From NCBI GenBank assembly GCA_964016885.1, contig OZ024762.1, positions 30,132,001-30,196,000 on the forward strand: 64,000 nucleotides of DNA, written 5' to 3'. The stretch's first letter is position 1. The number at the start of each line of letters is the position of its first letter. The notes under the pieces are model-generated. The model made no database searches, was not told where the DNA came from, and worked only from the letters and a program-made list of their open reading frames with translations. The DNA comes from Eledone cirrhosa (lineage: Eukaryota). The position numbers and the translations under genes were made by a program. Below, one piece after another: positions 52,801 through 64,000 of the stretch.

Positions 52801-55497
52801 CCCCAATGTTGGTGAGAATTCAATTAAGTTCATGGTATTAGCTGTCAGAAGTCACTCCAATGTTGGTGAGAATTCATTTGAGTTCATGGTATTAGCTGTC
52901 AGAAGTAACTCCACTGTTGGTGAGAATTCATTTAAGTTCATGGTATTAGCTGTCAGAAGTAACTCCACTGTTGGTGAGAATTCATTTAAGTTCATGGTAT
53001 TAGCTGTCAGAAGTATCTCCACTGTTGGTGAGAATTCATTTAAGTTCATGGTATTAGCTGTCAGAAGTAACTCCACTGTTGGTGAGAATTCATTTAAGTT
53101 CATGGTATTAGCTGTCAGAAGGAACTCCAATGTTGGTGAGAATTCATTTAAGTTCATGGTATTAGCTGTCAGAAGGAACGCCACTGTTGGTGAGAATTCA
53201 TTTAAGTCATGGTATTAGCTGTCAGAAGTAACTCCATTGTTGGTGAGAATTCATTTAAGTCATGGTACTAGCTGTCAGAAGTAACTCCACTGTTGGTGAG
53301 AATTCATTTAAGTTCATGGTATTAGCTGTCAGAAGTAACTCCACTGTTGGTGAGAATTCATTTAAGTCATGGTATTAGCTGTCAGAAGTAACTCCACTGT
53401 TGGTGAGAATTCATTTAAGTCATGGTACTAGCTGTCAGAAGTAACTCCAATGTTGGTGAGAATTCATTTAAGTTCATGGTATTAGCTGTCAGAAGGAACT
53501 CCACTGTTGGTGAGAATTCATTTAAGTTCATGGTATTAGCTGTCAGAAGTAACTCCACTGTTGGTGAGAATTCATTTAAGTTCATGGTACTAGCTGTCAG
53601 AAGTAACTCCACTGTTGGTGAGAATTCAGTTAAGTTCATGGTACTAGCTGTCAGAAGTAACTCCACTGTTGGTGAGAATTCAGTTAAGTTCATGGTATTA
53701 GCTGTCAGAAGGAACTCCACTGTTGGTGAGAATTCATTTAAGTTCATGGTATTAGCTGTCAGAAGTAACTCCACTGTTGGTGAGAATTCATTTAAGTTCA
53801 TGGTACTAGCTGTCAGAAGGAACTCCACTGTTGGTGAGAATTCATTTAAGTTCATGGTATTAGCTGTCAGAAGTGTCTCCACTGTTGGTGAGAATTCATT
53901 TAAGTTCATGGTACTAGCTGTCAGAAGTAACTCCAATGTTGGTGAGAATTCATGTAAGTTCATGGTATTAGCTGTCAGAAGTAACTCCACTGTTGGTGAG
54001 AATTCATTTAAGTTCATGGTATTAGCTGTCAGAAGTAACTCCACTGTTGGTGAGAATTCATTTAAGTTCATGGTACTAGCTGTCAGAAGTAACTCCACTG
54101 TTGGTGAGAATTCATTTAAGTTCATGGTATTAGCTGTCAGAAGTAACTCCACTGTTGGTGAGAATTCATTTAAGTCATGGTATTAGCTATCAGAAGTAAC
54201 TCCATTGTTGGTGAGAATTCATTTAAGTCATGGTACTAGCTGTCAGAAGTAACTCCACTGTTGGTGAGAATTCATTTAAGTTCATGGTACTAGCTGTCAG
54301 AAGTAACTCCACTGTTGGTGAGAATTCATTTAAGTTCATGGTACTAGCTGTCAGAAGTAACTCCACTGTTGGTGAGAATTCATTTAAGTTCATGGTACTA
54401 GCTGTCAGAAGTAACTCCACTGTTGGTGAGAATTCATTTAAGTTCATGGTACTAGCTGTCAGAAGTAACTCAAATGTTGGTGAGAATTCATTTAAGTTCA
54501 TGGTATTAGCTGTCAGAAGTAACTCCACTGTTGGTGAGAATTCATTTAAGTTCATGGTACTAGCTGTCAGAAGTAACTCCACTGTTGGTGAGAATTCATT
54601 TAAGTTCATGGTATTAGCTGTCAGAAGTAACTCCACTGTTGGTGAGAATTCATTTAAGTTCATGGTACTAGCTGTCAGAAGTAACCCCAATGTTGGTGAC
54701 AATTCATTTAAGTTCATGGTATTAGCTGTCAGAAGTCACTCCAATGTTGGTGAGAATTCATTTAAGTTCATGGTACTAGCTGTCAGAAGTAACCCCAATG
54801 TTGGTGAGAATTCATTTAAGTTCATGGTATTAGCTGTCAGAAGTCACTCCACTGTTGGTGAGAATTCATTTAAGTTCATGGTACTAGCTGTCAGAAGTAA
54901 CCCCAATGTTGGTGAGAATTCATTTAAGTTCATGGTATTAGCTGTCAGAAGTCACTCCAATGTTGGTGAGAATTCATTTAAGTTCATGGTATTAGCTGTC
55001 AGAAGTAACTCCACTGTTGGTGAGAATTCATTTAAGTTCATGGTATTAGCTGTCAGAAGTAACTCCACTGTTGGTGAGAATTCATTTAAGTTCATGGTAT
55101 TAGCTGTCAGAAGTAACTCCACTGTTGGTGAGAATTCATTTAAGTTCATGGTATTAGCTGTCAGAAGTAACTCCACTGTTGGTGAGAATTCATTTAAGTT
55201 CATGGTATTAGCTTTCAGAAGGAACGCCACTGTTGGTGAGAATTCATTTAAGTTCATGGTATTAGCTGTCAGAAGTAACTCCATTGTTGGTGAGAATTCA
55301 TTTAAGTCATGGTACTAGCTGTCAGAAGTAACTCCACTGTTGGTGAGAATTCATTTAAGTTCATGGTATTAGCTGTCAGAAGGAACTCCACTGTTGGTGA
55401 GAATTCATTTAAGTTCATGGTATTAGCTGTCAGAAGTAACTCCACTGTTGGTGAGAATTCATTTAAGTCATGGTATTAGCTGTCAGAAGTAACTCCA
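42447..55497. repeat. Higher-order block C: two tandem, apparently identical copies, period 6511 bp (121 monomers)
   Basis: Every ORF from 42976 to 48807 recurs with identical translation at +6511 (49487-55318). Shared rare variants CATGTTAC, CTCAACTG, TTTGAG and GCTTTC. Confidence 0.95.
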
Positions 55498-56375
55498 ATG
55501 TTGGTGAGAATTCATTTAAGTCATGGTACTAGCTGTCAGAAGTAACTCCAATGTTGGTGAGAATTCATTTAAGTTCATGGTATTAGCTGTCAGAAGGAAC
55601 TCCAATGTTGGTGAGAATTCATTTAAGTCATGGTACTAGCTGTCAGAAGTAACTCCAATGTTGGTGAGAATTCATTTAAGTTCATGGTATTAGCTGTCAG
55701 AAGGAACTCCACTGTTGGTGAGAATTCATTTAAGTTCATGGTATTAGCTGTCAGAAGTAACTCCACTGTTGGTGAGAATTCATTTAAGTTCATGGTACTA
55801 GCTGTCAGAAGTAACTCCACTGTTGGTGAGAATTCAGTTAAGTTCATGGTACTAGCTGTCAGAAGTAACTCCACTGTTGGTGAGAATTCAGTTAAGTTCA
55901 TGGTATTAGCTGTCAGAAGGAACTCCACTGTTGGTGAGAATTCATTTAAGTTCATGGTATTAGCTGTCAGAAGTAACTCCACTGTTGGTGAGAATTCATT
56001 TAAGTTCATGGTACTAGCTGTCAGAAGTAACTCCACTGTTGGTGAGAATTCATTTAAGTTCATGGTACTAGCTGTCAGAAGTAACTCCACTGTTGGTGAG
56101 AATTCAGTTAAGTTCATGGTATTAGTTGTCAGAAGTAACTCAAATGTTGGGGAGAATTCATTTAAATCATGGTATTAGTTGTCAGAAGTAACTGCAACGT
56201 TGGTGAGAATTCATTTAAGTTCATGGTACTAGCTGTCAGAAGTAACTCCACTGTTGGTGAAAATTCATTTAAGTTCATGGTATTAGCTGTCAGAAGTAAC
56301 TCCACTGTTGGTGAGAATTCATTTAAGTCATGGTATTAGCTGTCAGAAGTAACTCCATTGTTGGTGAGAATTCAT

Positions 56376-59300
56376 TTAAGTCATGGTACTAGCTGTCAGA
56401 AGTAACTCCACTGTTGGTGAGAATTCATTTAAGTTCATGGTATTAGCTGTCAGAAGTAACTCCACTGTTGGTGAGAATTCATTTAAGTTCATGGTACTAG
56501 CTGTCAGAAGTAACTCAAATGTTGGTGAGAATTCATTTAAGTTCATGGTATTAGCTGTCAGAAGTAACTCCACTGTTTGTGAGAATTCATTTAAGTTCAT
56601 GGTACTAGCTGTCAGAAGTAACTCCACTGTTGGTGAGAATTCATTTAAGTTCATGGTATTAGCTGTCAGAAGTAACTCCACTGTTGGTGAGAATTCATTT
56701 AAGTTCATGGTACTAGCTGTCAGAAGTAACCCCAATGTTGGTGACAATTCATTTAAGTTCATGGTATTAGCTGTCAGAAGTCACTCCAATGTTGGTGAGA
56801 ATTCATTTAAGTTCATGGTATTAGCTGTCAGAAGTCACTCCACTGTTGGTGAGAATTCATTTAAGTTCATGGTACTAGCTGTCAGAAGTAACCCCAATGT
56901 TGGTGAGAATTCATTTAAGTTTATGGTATTAGCTGTCAGAAGTCACTCCAATGTTGGTGAGAATTCATTTAAGTTCATGGTATTAGCTGTCAGAAGTAAC
57001 TCCACTGTTGGTGAGAATTCATTTAAGTTCATGGTATTAGCTGTCAGAAGTAACTCCACTGTTGGTGAGAATTCATTTAAGTTCATGGTATTAGCTGTCA
57101 GAAGTAACTCCACTGTTGGTGAGAATTCATTTAAGTTCATGGTATTAGCTGTCAGAAGTAACTCCACTGTTGGTGAGAATTCATTTAAGTTCATGGTATT
57201 AGCTGTCAGAAGGAACTCCAATGTTGGTGAGAATTCATTTAAGTTCATGGTATTAGCTGTCAGAAGGAACGCCACTGTTGGTGAGAATTCATTTAAGTCA
57301 TGGTATTAGCTGTCAGAAGTAACTCCATTGTTGGTGAGAATTCATTTAAGTCATGGTACTAGCTGTCAGAAGTAACTCCACTGTTGGTGAGAATTCATTT
57401 AAGTTCATGGTATTAGCTGTCAGAAGGAACTCCACTGTTGGTGAGAATTCATTTAAGTCATGGTACTAGCTGTCAGAAGTAACTCCAATGTTGGTGAGAA
57501 TTCATTTAAGTTCATGGTATTAGCTGTCAGAAGGAACTCCACTGTTGGTGAGAATTCATTTAAGTTCATGGTATTAGCTGTCAGAAGTAACTCCACTGTT
57601 GGTGAGAATTCATTTAAGTCATGGTATTAGCTGTCAGAAGTAACTCCAATGTTGGTGAGAATTGATTTAAGTCATGGTACTAGCTGTCAGAAGTAACTCC
57701 AATGTTGGTGAGAATTCATTTAAGTTCATGGTATTAGCTGTCAGAAGGAACTCCACTGTTGGTGAGAATTCATTTAAGTTCATGGTATTAGCTGTCAGAA
57801 GTAACTCCACTGTTGGTGAGAATTCATTTAAGTTCATGGTACTAGCTGTCAGAAGTAACTCCACTGTTGGTGAGAATTCAGTTAAGTTCATGGTACTAGC
57901 TGTCAGAAGTAACTCCACTGTTGGTGAGAATTCAGTTAAGTTCATGGTATTAGCTGTCAGAAGGAACTCCACTGTTGGTGAGAATTCATTTAAGTTCATG
58001 GTATTAGCTGTCAGAAGTAACTCCACTGTTGGTGAGAATTCATTTAAGTTCATGGTACTAGCTGTCAGAAGTAACTCCACTGTTGGTGAGAATTCATTTA
58101 AGTTCATGGTACTAGCTGTCAGAAGTAACTCCACTGTTGGTGAGAATTCAGTTAAGTTCATGGTATTAGCTGTCAGAAGGAACTCCACTGTTGGTGAGAA
58201 TTCATTTAAGTTCATGGTATTAGCTGTCAGAAGTAACTCCACTGTTGGTGAGAATTCATTTAAGTTCATGGTACTAGCTGTCAGAAGTAACTCCACTGTT
58301 GGTGAGAATTCATTTAAGTTCATGGTACTAGCTGTCAGAAGGAACTCCACTGTTGGTGAGAATTCATTTAAGTTCATGGTATTAGCTGTCAGAAGTAACT
58401 CCAATGTTGGTGAGAATTCATTTAAGTCATGGTACTAGCTGTCAGAAGTAACTCCACTGTTGGTGAGAATTCATTTAAGTTCATGGTATTAGCTGTCAGA
58501 AGGAACTCCACTGTTGGTGAGAATTCATTTAAGTTCATGGTATTAGCTGTCAGAAGTGTCTCCACTGTTGGTGAGAATTCATTTAAGTTCATGGTACTAG
58601 CTGTCAGAAGTAACTCCAATGTTGGTGAGAATTCATGTAAGTTCATGGTATTAGCTGTCAGAAGTAACTCCACTGTTGGTGAGAATTCATTTAAGTTCAT
58701 GGTATTAGCTGTCAGAAGTAACTCCAATGTTGGTGAGAATTCATTTAAGTCATGGTACTAGCTGTCAGAAGTAACTCCACTGTTGGTGAGAATTCATTTA
58801 AGTTCATGGTATTAGCTGTCAGAAGGAACTCCACTGTTGGTGAGAATTCATTTAAGTTCATGGTATTAGCTGTCAGAAGTGTCTCCACTGTTGGTGAGAA
58901 TTCATTTAAGTTCATGGTACGAGCTGTCAGAAGTAACTCCAATGTTGGTGAGAATTCATGTAAGTTCATGGTATTAGCTGTCAGAAGTAACTCCACTGTT
59001 GGTGAGAATTCATTTAAGTTCATGGTATTAGCTGTCAGAAGTAACTCCACTGTTGGTGAGAATTCATTTAAGTTCATGGTACTAGCTGTCAGAAGTAACT
59101 CCACTGTTGGTGAGAATTCATTTAAGTTCATGGTATTAGCTGTCAGAAGTAACTCCACTGTTGGTGAGAATTCATTTAAGTCATGGTATTAGCTATCAGA
59201 AGTAACTCCATTGTTGGTGAGAATTCATTTAAGTCATGGTACTAGCTGTCAGAAGTAACTCCACTGTTGGTGAGAATTCATTTAAGTTCATGGTACTAGC

Positions 59301-62300
59301 TGTCAGAAGTAACTCCACTGTTGGTGAGAATTCATTTAAGTTCATGGTACTAGCTGTCAGAAGTAACTCCACTGTTGGTGAGAATTCATTTAAGTTCATG
59401 GTACTAGCTGTCAGAAGTAACTCCACTGTTGGTGAGAATTCATTTAAGTTCATGGTACTAGCTGTCAGAAGTAACTCCAATGTTGGTGAGAATTCATTTA
59501 AGTTCATGGTATTAGCTGTCAGAAGTAACTCCACTGTTGGTGAGAATTCATTTAAGTTCATGGTACTAGCTGTCAGAAGTAACTCCACTGTTGGTGAGAA
59601 TTCATTTAAGTTCATGGTATTAGCTGTCAGAAGTAACTCCACTGTTGGTGAGAATTCATTTAAGTTCATGGTACTAGGTGTCAGAAGTAACCCCAATGTT
59701 GGTGACAATTCATTTAAGTTCATGGTATTAGCTGTCAGAAGTCACTCCACTGTTGGTGAGAATTCATTTAAGTTCATGGTATTAGCTGTCAGAAGTCACT
59801 CCACTGTTGGTGAGAATTCATTTAAGTTCATGGTACTAGCTGTCAGAAGTAACCCCAATGTTGGTGAGAATTCATTTAAGTTCATGGTATTAGCTGTCAG
59901 AAGTCACTCCAATGTTGGTGAGAATTCATTTAAGTTCATGGTATTAGCTGTCAGAAGTAACTCCACTGTTGGTGAGAATTCATTTAAGTTCATGGTATTA
60001 GCTGTCAGAAGTAACTCCACTGTTGGTGAGAATTCATTTAAGTCATGGTACTAGCTGTCAGAAGTAACTCCACTGTTGGTGAGAATTCATTTAAGTTCAT
60101 GGTATTAGCTGTCAGAAGGAACTCCACTGTTGGTGAGAATTCATTTAAGTTCATGGTACTAGCTGTCAGAAGTAACTCAAATGTTGGTGAGAATTCATTT
60201 AAGTTCATGGTATTAGCTGTCAGAAGTAACTCCACTGTTTGTGAGAATTCATTTAAGTTCATGGTACTAGCTGTCAGAAGTAACTCCACTGTTGGTGAGA
60301 ATTCATTTAAGTTCATGGTATTAGCTGTCAGAAGTAACTCCACTGTTGGTGAGAATTCATTTAAGTTCATGGTACTAGCTGTCAGAAGTAACCCCAATGT
60401 TGGTGACAATTCATTTAAGTTCATGGTATTAGCTGTCAGAAGTCACTCCAATGTTGGTGAGAATTCATTTAAGTTCATGGTATTAGCTGTCAGAAGTCAC
60501 TCCACTGTTGGTGAGAATTCATTTAAGTTCATGGTACTAGCTGTCAGAAGTAACCCCAATGTTGGTGAGAATTCATTTAAGTTTATGGTATTAGCTGTCA
60601 GAAGTCACTCCAATGTTGGTGAGAATTCATTTAAGTTCATGGTATTAGCTGTCAGAAGTAACTCCACTGTTGGTGAGAATTCATTTAAGTTCATGGTATT
60701 AGCTGTCAGAAGTAACTCCACTGTTGGTGAGAATTCATTTAAGTTCATGGTATTAGCTGTCAGAAGTAACTCCACTGTTGGTGAGAATTCATTTAAGTTC
60801 ATGGTATTAGCTGTCAGAAGTAACTCCACTGTTGGTGAGAATTCATTTAAGTTCATGGTATTAGCTGTCAGAAGGAACTCCACTGTTGGTGAGAATTCAT
60901 TTAAGTCATGGTACTAGCTGTCAGAAGTAACTCCAATGTTGGTGAGAATTCATTTAAGTTCATGGTATTAGCTGTCAGAAGGAACTCCACTGTTGGTGAG
61001 AATTCATTTAAGTTCATGGTATTAGCTGTCAGAAGTAATTCCACTGTTGGTGAGAATTCATTTAAGTCATGGTATTAGCTGTCAGAAGTAACTCCAATGT
61101 TGGTGAGAATTCATTTAAGTCATGGTACTAGCTGTCAGAAGTAACTCCAATGTTGGTGAGAATTCATTTAAGTTCATGGTATTAGCTGTCAGAAGGAACT
61201 CCACTGTTGGTGAGAATTCATTTAAGTTCATGGTACTAGCTGTCAGAAGTAACTCCACTGTTGGTGAGAATTCATTTAAGTTCATGGTACTAGCTGTCAG
61301 AAGTAACTCCACTGTTGGTGCGAATTCAGTTAAGTTCATGGTACTAGCTGTCAGAAGTAACTCCACTGTTGGTGAGAATTCAGTTAAGTTCATGGTATTA
61401 GCTGTCAGAAGGAACTCCACTGTTGGTGAGAATTCATTTAAGTTCATGGTATTAGCTGTCAGAAGTAACTCCACTGTTGGTGAGAATTCATTTAAGTTCA
61501 TGGTACTAGCTGTCAGAAGTAACTCCACTGTTGGTGAGAATTCATTTAAGTTCATGGTACTAGCTGTCAGAAGTAACTCCACTGTTGGTGAGAATTCAGT
61601 TAAGTTCATGGTATTAGTTGTCAGAAGTAACTCAAATGTTGGGGAGAATTCATTTAAATCATGGTATTAGTTGTCAGAAGTAACTGCAACGTTGGTGAGA
61701 ATTCATTTAAGTTCATGGTACTAGCTGTCAGACGTAACTCCACTGTTGGTGAAAATTCATTTAAGTTCATGGTATTAGCTGTCAGAAGGAACTCCACTGT
61801 TGGTGAGAATTCATTTAAGTTCATGGTATTAGCTGTCAGAAGTAACTCCACTGTTGGTGAGAATTCATTTAAGTTCATGGTACTAGCTGTCAGAAGTAAC
61901 TCCACTGTTGGTGAGAATTCATTTAAGTTCATGGTACTAGCTGTCAGAAGGAACTCCACTGTTGGTGAGAATTCATTTAAGTTCATGGTATTAGCTGTCA
62001 GAAGTAACTCCAATGTTGGTGAGAATTCATTTAAGTCATGGTACAAGCTGTCAGAAGTAACTCCACTGTTGGTGAGAATTCATTTAAGTTCATGGTATTA
62101 GCTGTCAGAAGGAACTCCACTGTTGGTGAGAATTCATTTAAGTTCATGGTATTAGCTGTCAGAAGTCACTCCACTGTTGGTGAGAATTCATTTAAGTTCA
62201 TGGTACTAGCTGTCAGAAGTAACTCCAATGTTGGTGAGAATTCATGTAAGTTCATGGTATTAGCTGTCAGAAGTAACTCCACTGTTGGTGAGAATTCATT

Positions 62301-64000
62301 TAAGTTCATGGTATTAGCTGTCAGAAGTAACTCCAATGTTGGTGAGAATTCATTTAAGTCATGGTACTAGCTGTCAGAAGTAACTCCACTGTTGGTGAGA
62401 ATTCATTTAAGTTCATGGTATTAGCTGTCAGAAGGAACTCCACTGTTGGTGAGAATTCATTTAAGTTCATGGTATTAGCTGTCAGAAGTGTCTCCACTGT
62501 TGGTGAGAATTCATTTAAGTTCATGGTACGAGCTGTCAGAAGTAACTCCAATGTTGGTGAGAATTCATGTAAGTTCATGGTATTAGCTGTCAGAAGTAAC
62601 TCCACTGTTGGTGAGAATTCATTTAAGTTCATGGTATTAGCTGTCAGAAGTAACTCCACTGTTGGTGAGAATTCATTTAAGTTCATGGTACTAGCTGTCA
62701 GAAGTAACTCCACTGTTGGTGAGAATTCATTTAAGTTCATGGTATTAGCTGTCAGAAGTAACTCCACTGTTGGTGAGAATTCATTTAAGTCATGGTATTA
62801 GCTATCAGAAGTAACTCCATTGTTGGTGAGAATTCATTTAAGTCATGGTACTAGCTGTCAGAAGTAACTCCACTGTTGGTGAGAATTCATTTAAGTTCAT
62901 GGTACTAGCTGTCAGAAGTAACTCCACTGTTGGTGAGAATTCATTTAATTTCATGGTACTAGCTGTCAGAAGTAACTCCACTGTTGGTGAGAATTCATTT
63001 AAGTTCATGGTACTAGCTGTCAGAAGTAACTCCACTGTTGGTGAGAATTCATTTAAGTTCATGGTACTAGCTGTCAGAAGTAACTCCAATGTTGGTGAGA
63101 ATTCATTTAAGTTCATGGTATTAGCTGTCAGAAGTAACTCCACTGTTGGTGAGAATTCATTTAAGTTCATGGTACTAGCTGTCAGAAGTAACTCCACTGT
63201 TGGTGAGAATTCATTTAAGTTCATGGTATTAGCTGTCAGAAGTAACTCCACTGTTGGTGAGAATTCATTTAAGTTCATGGTACTAGGTGTCAGAAGTAAC
63301 CCCAATGTTGGTGACAATTCATTTAAGTTCATGGTATTAGCTGTCAGAAGTCACTCCACTGTTGGTGAGAATTCATTGAAGTTCATGGTATTAGCTGTCA
63401 GAAGTCACTCCACTGCTGGTGAGAATTCATTTAAGTTCATGGTACTAGCTGTCAGAAGTAACCCCAATGTTGGTGAGAATTCATTTAAGTTCATGGTATT
63501 AGCTGTCAGAAGTCACTCCAATGTTGGTGAGAATTCATTTAAGTTCATGGTATTAGCTGTCAGAAGTAACTCCACTGTTGGTGAGAATTCATTTAAGTTC
63601 ATGGTATTAGCTGTCAGAAGTAACTCCACTGTTGGTGAGAATTCATTTAAGTCATGGTACTAGCTGTCAGAAGTAACTCCACTGTTGGTGAGAATTCATT
63701 TAAGTTCATGGTATTAGCTGTCAGAAGGAACTCCACTGTTGGTGAGAATTCATTTAAGTTCATGGTACTAGCTGTCAGAAGTAACTCAAATGTTGGTGAG
63801 AATTCATTTAAGTTCATGGTATTAGCTGTCAGAAGTGTCTCCACTGTTGGTGAGAATTCATTTAAGTTCATGGTACGAGCTGTCAGAAGTAACTCCACTG
63901 TTGGTGAGAATTCATTTAAGTTCATGGTATTAGCTGTCAGAAGTAACTCCACTGTTGGTGAGAATTCATTTAAGTTCATGGTATTAGCTGTCAGAAGTAA
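56376..64000. repeat. Higher-order block D: imperfect duplication at ~3.4-3.7 kb offsets (3609 bp = 67 monomers for 58152-60226 vs 61761-63835)
   Basis: ORF pairs 58745/62354, 59236/62845 and 60038/63647 (3609), and 56376/60038 (3662). Shared GTACGAG, CTAGGTG and CTGTTTGTG variants. Confidence 0.88.

Larger units (their letters stand above)
1..64000. repeat. Tandem satellite DNA array, 54-bp monomer (53- and 55-bp variants), ~1,190 head-to-tail copies, running off both window ends
   Basis: GAATTCATTTAAGTTCATGGTA(T/C)TAGCTGTCAGAAGTAACTCCACTGTTGGTGA recurs every 53-55 bp from base 1 to 64000, typically with 0-3 differences from consensus. No spacer or foreign sequence seen. Copy number estimated as 64000/~53.8. 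Confidence 0.99.

Noticed and set aside
112-63979. About 200 ORFs on both strands as protein-coding genes
   Set aside because: They are translations of the 54-bp unit. They start and stop mostly at 53/55-bp frameshift monomers, overlap antisense, and have no unique domains or gene context.
1-64000. CRISPR array
   Set aside because: There are no unique spacers: the whole unit is repeated. No leader or cas genes are present.
1-64000. Antigenic-variation cassette or diversity-generating repeat system
   Set aside because: No recombinase, reverse transcriptase or expression locus is present. Variation is sparse and explained by block duplication.
1-64000. Synthetic concatemer or rolling-circle/sequencing artefact suggested by the EcoRI site in each unit
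   Set aside because: Rare variants are inherited in nested multi-kb blocks and several monomers lack the EcoRI site (GAAAATTC, GACAATTC, GAGCATTC). This fits natural evolution, not ligation or random error.
1-64000. tRNA, 5S, snRNA or spliced-leader tandem gene array
   Set aside because: The unit is too short, and I recognised no A/B boxes, cloverleaf, Sm site or poly-T terminator.
1-64000. CENP-B box or telomeric repeat
   Set aside because: No TTCG-N4-A-N2-CGGG core (the consensus has no CpG) and no TTAGGG-like G-rich repeats.
1-64000. Hidden insertion, inversion or transposon remnant
   Set aside because: Reading through the window found no break in the monomer phase or orientation. A very short insert could have been missed by eye.

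Overview
The whole 64-kb window is one uninterrupted head-to-tail satellite DNA array, almost certainly eukaryotic heterochromatin (centromeric, pericentromeric or subtelomeric cannot be told from sequence). The monomer is 54 bp, consensus GAATTCATTTAAGTTCATGGTAYTAGCTGTCAGAAGTAACTCCACTGTTGGTGA (20-21 G+C of 54, one EcoRI site, no CpG), with about 1,190 copies all in one orientation. A frequent 53-bp variant and a rare 55-bp variant occur. I saw no gene, RNA gene, transposon, CRISPR spacer or unique sequence. All listed ORFs arise because 54 is a multiple of 3 and one frame per strand lacks a stop. The real structure is a nested, irregular hierarchy of duplications (5-, 12-, 14-, 15-, 22-, 42-, 48-, 67-, 76-, 86-, 120/130-, 121- and about 265-monomer offsets), regionally restricted variants, and a few probable gene-conversion or recurrent-mutation footprints. 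I could not assign the satellite to a named family or species, and the sequence does not support a novel protein-coding system. Block boundaries were read by eye and from ORF-track offsets, and are accurate to about one monomer.
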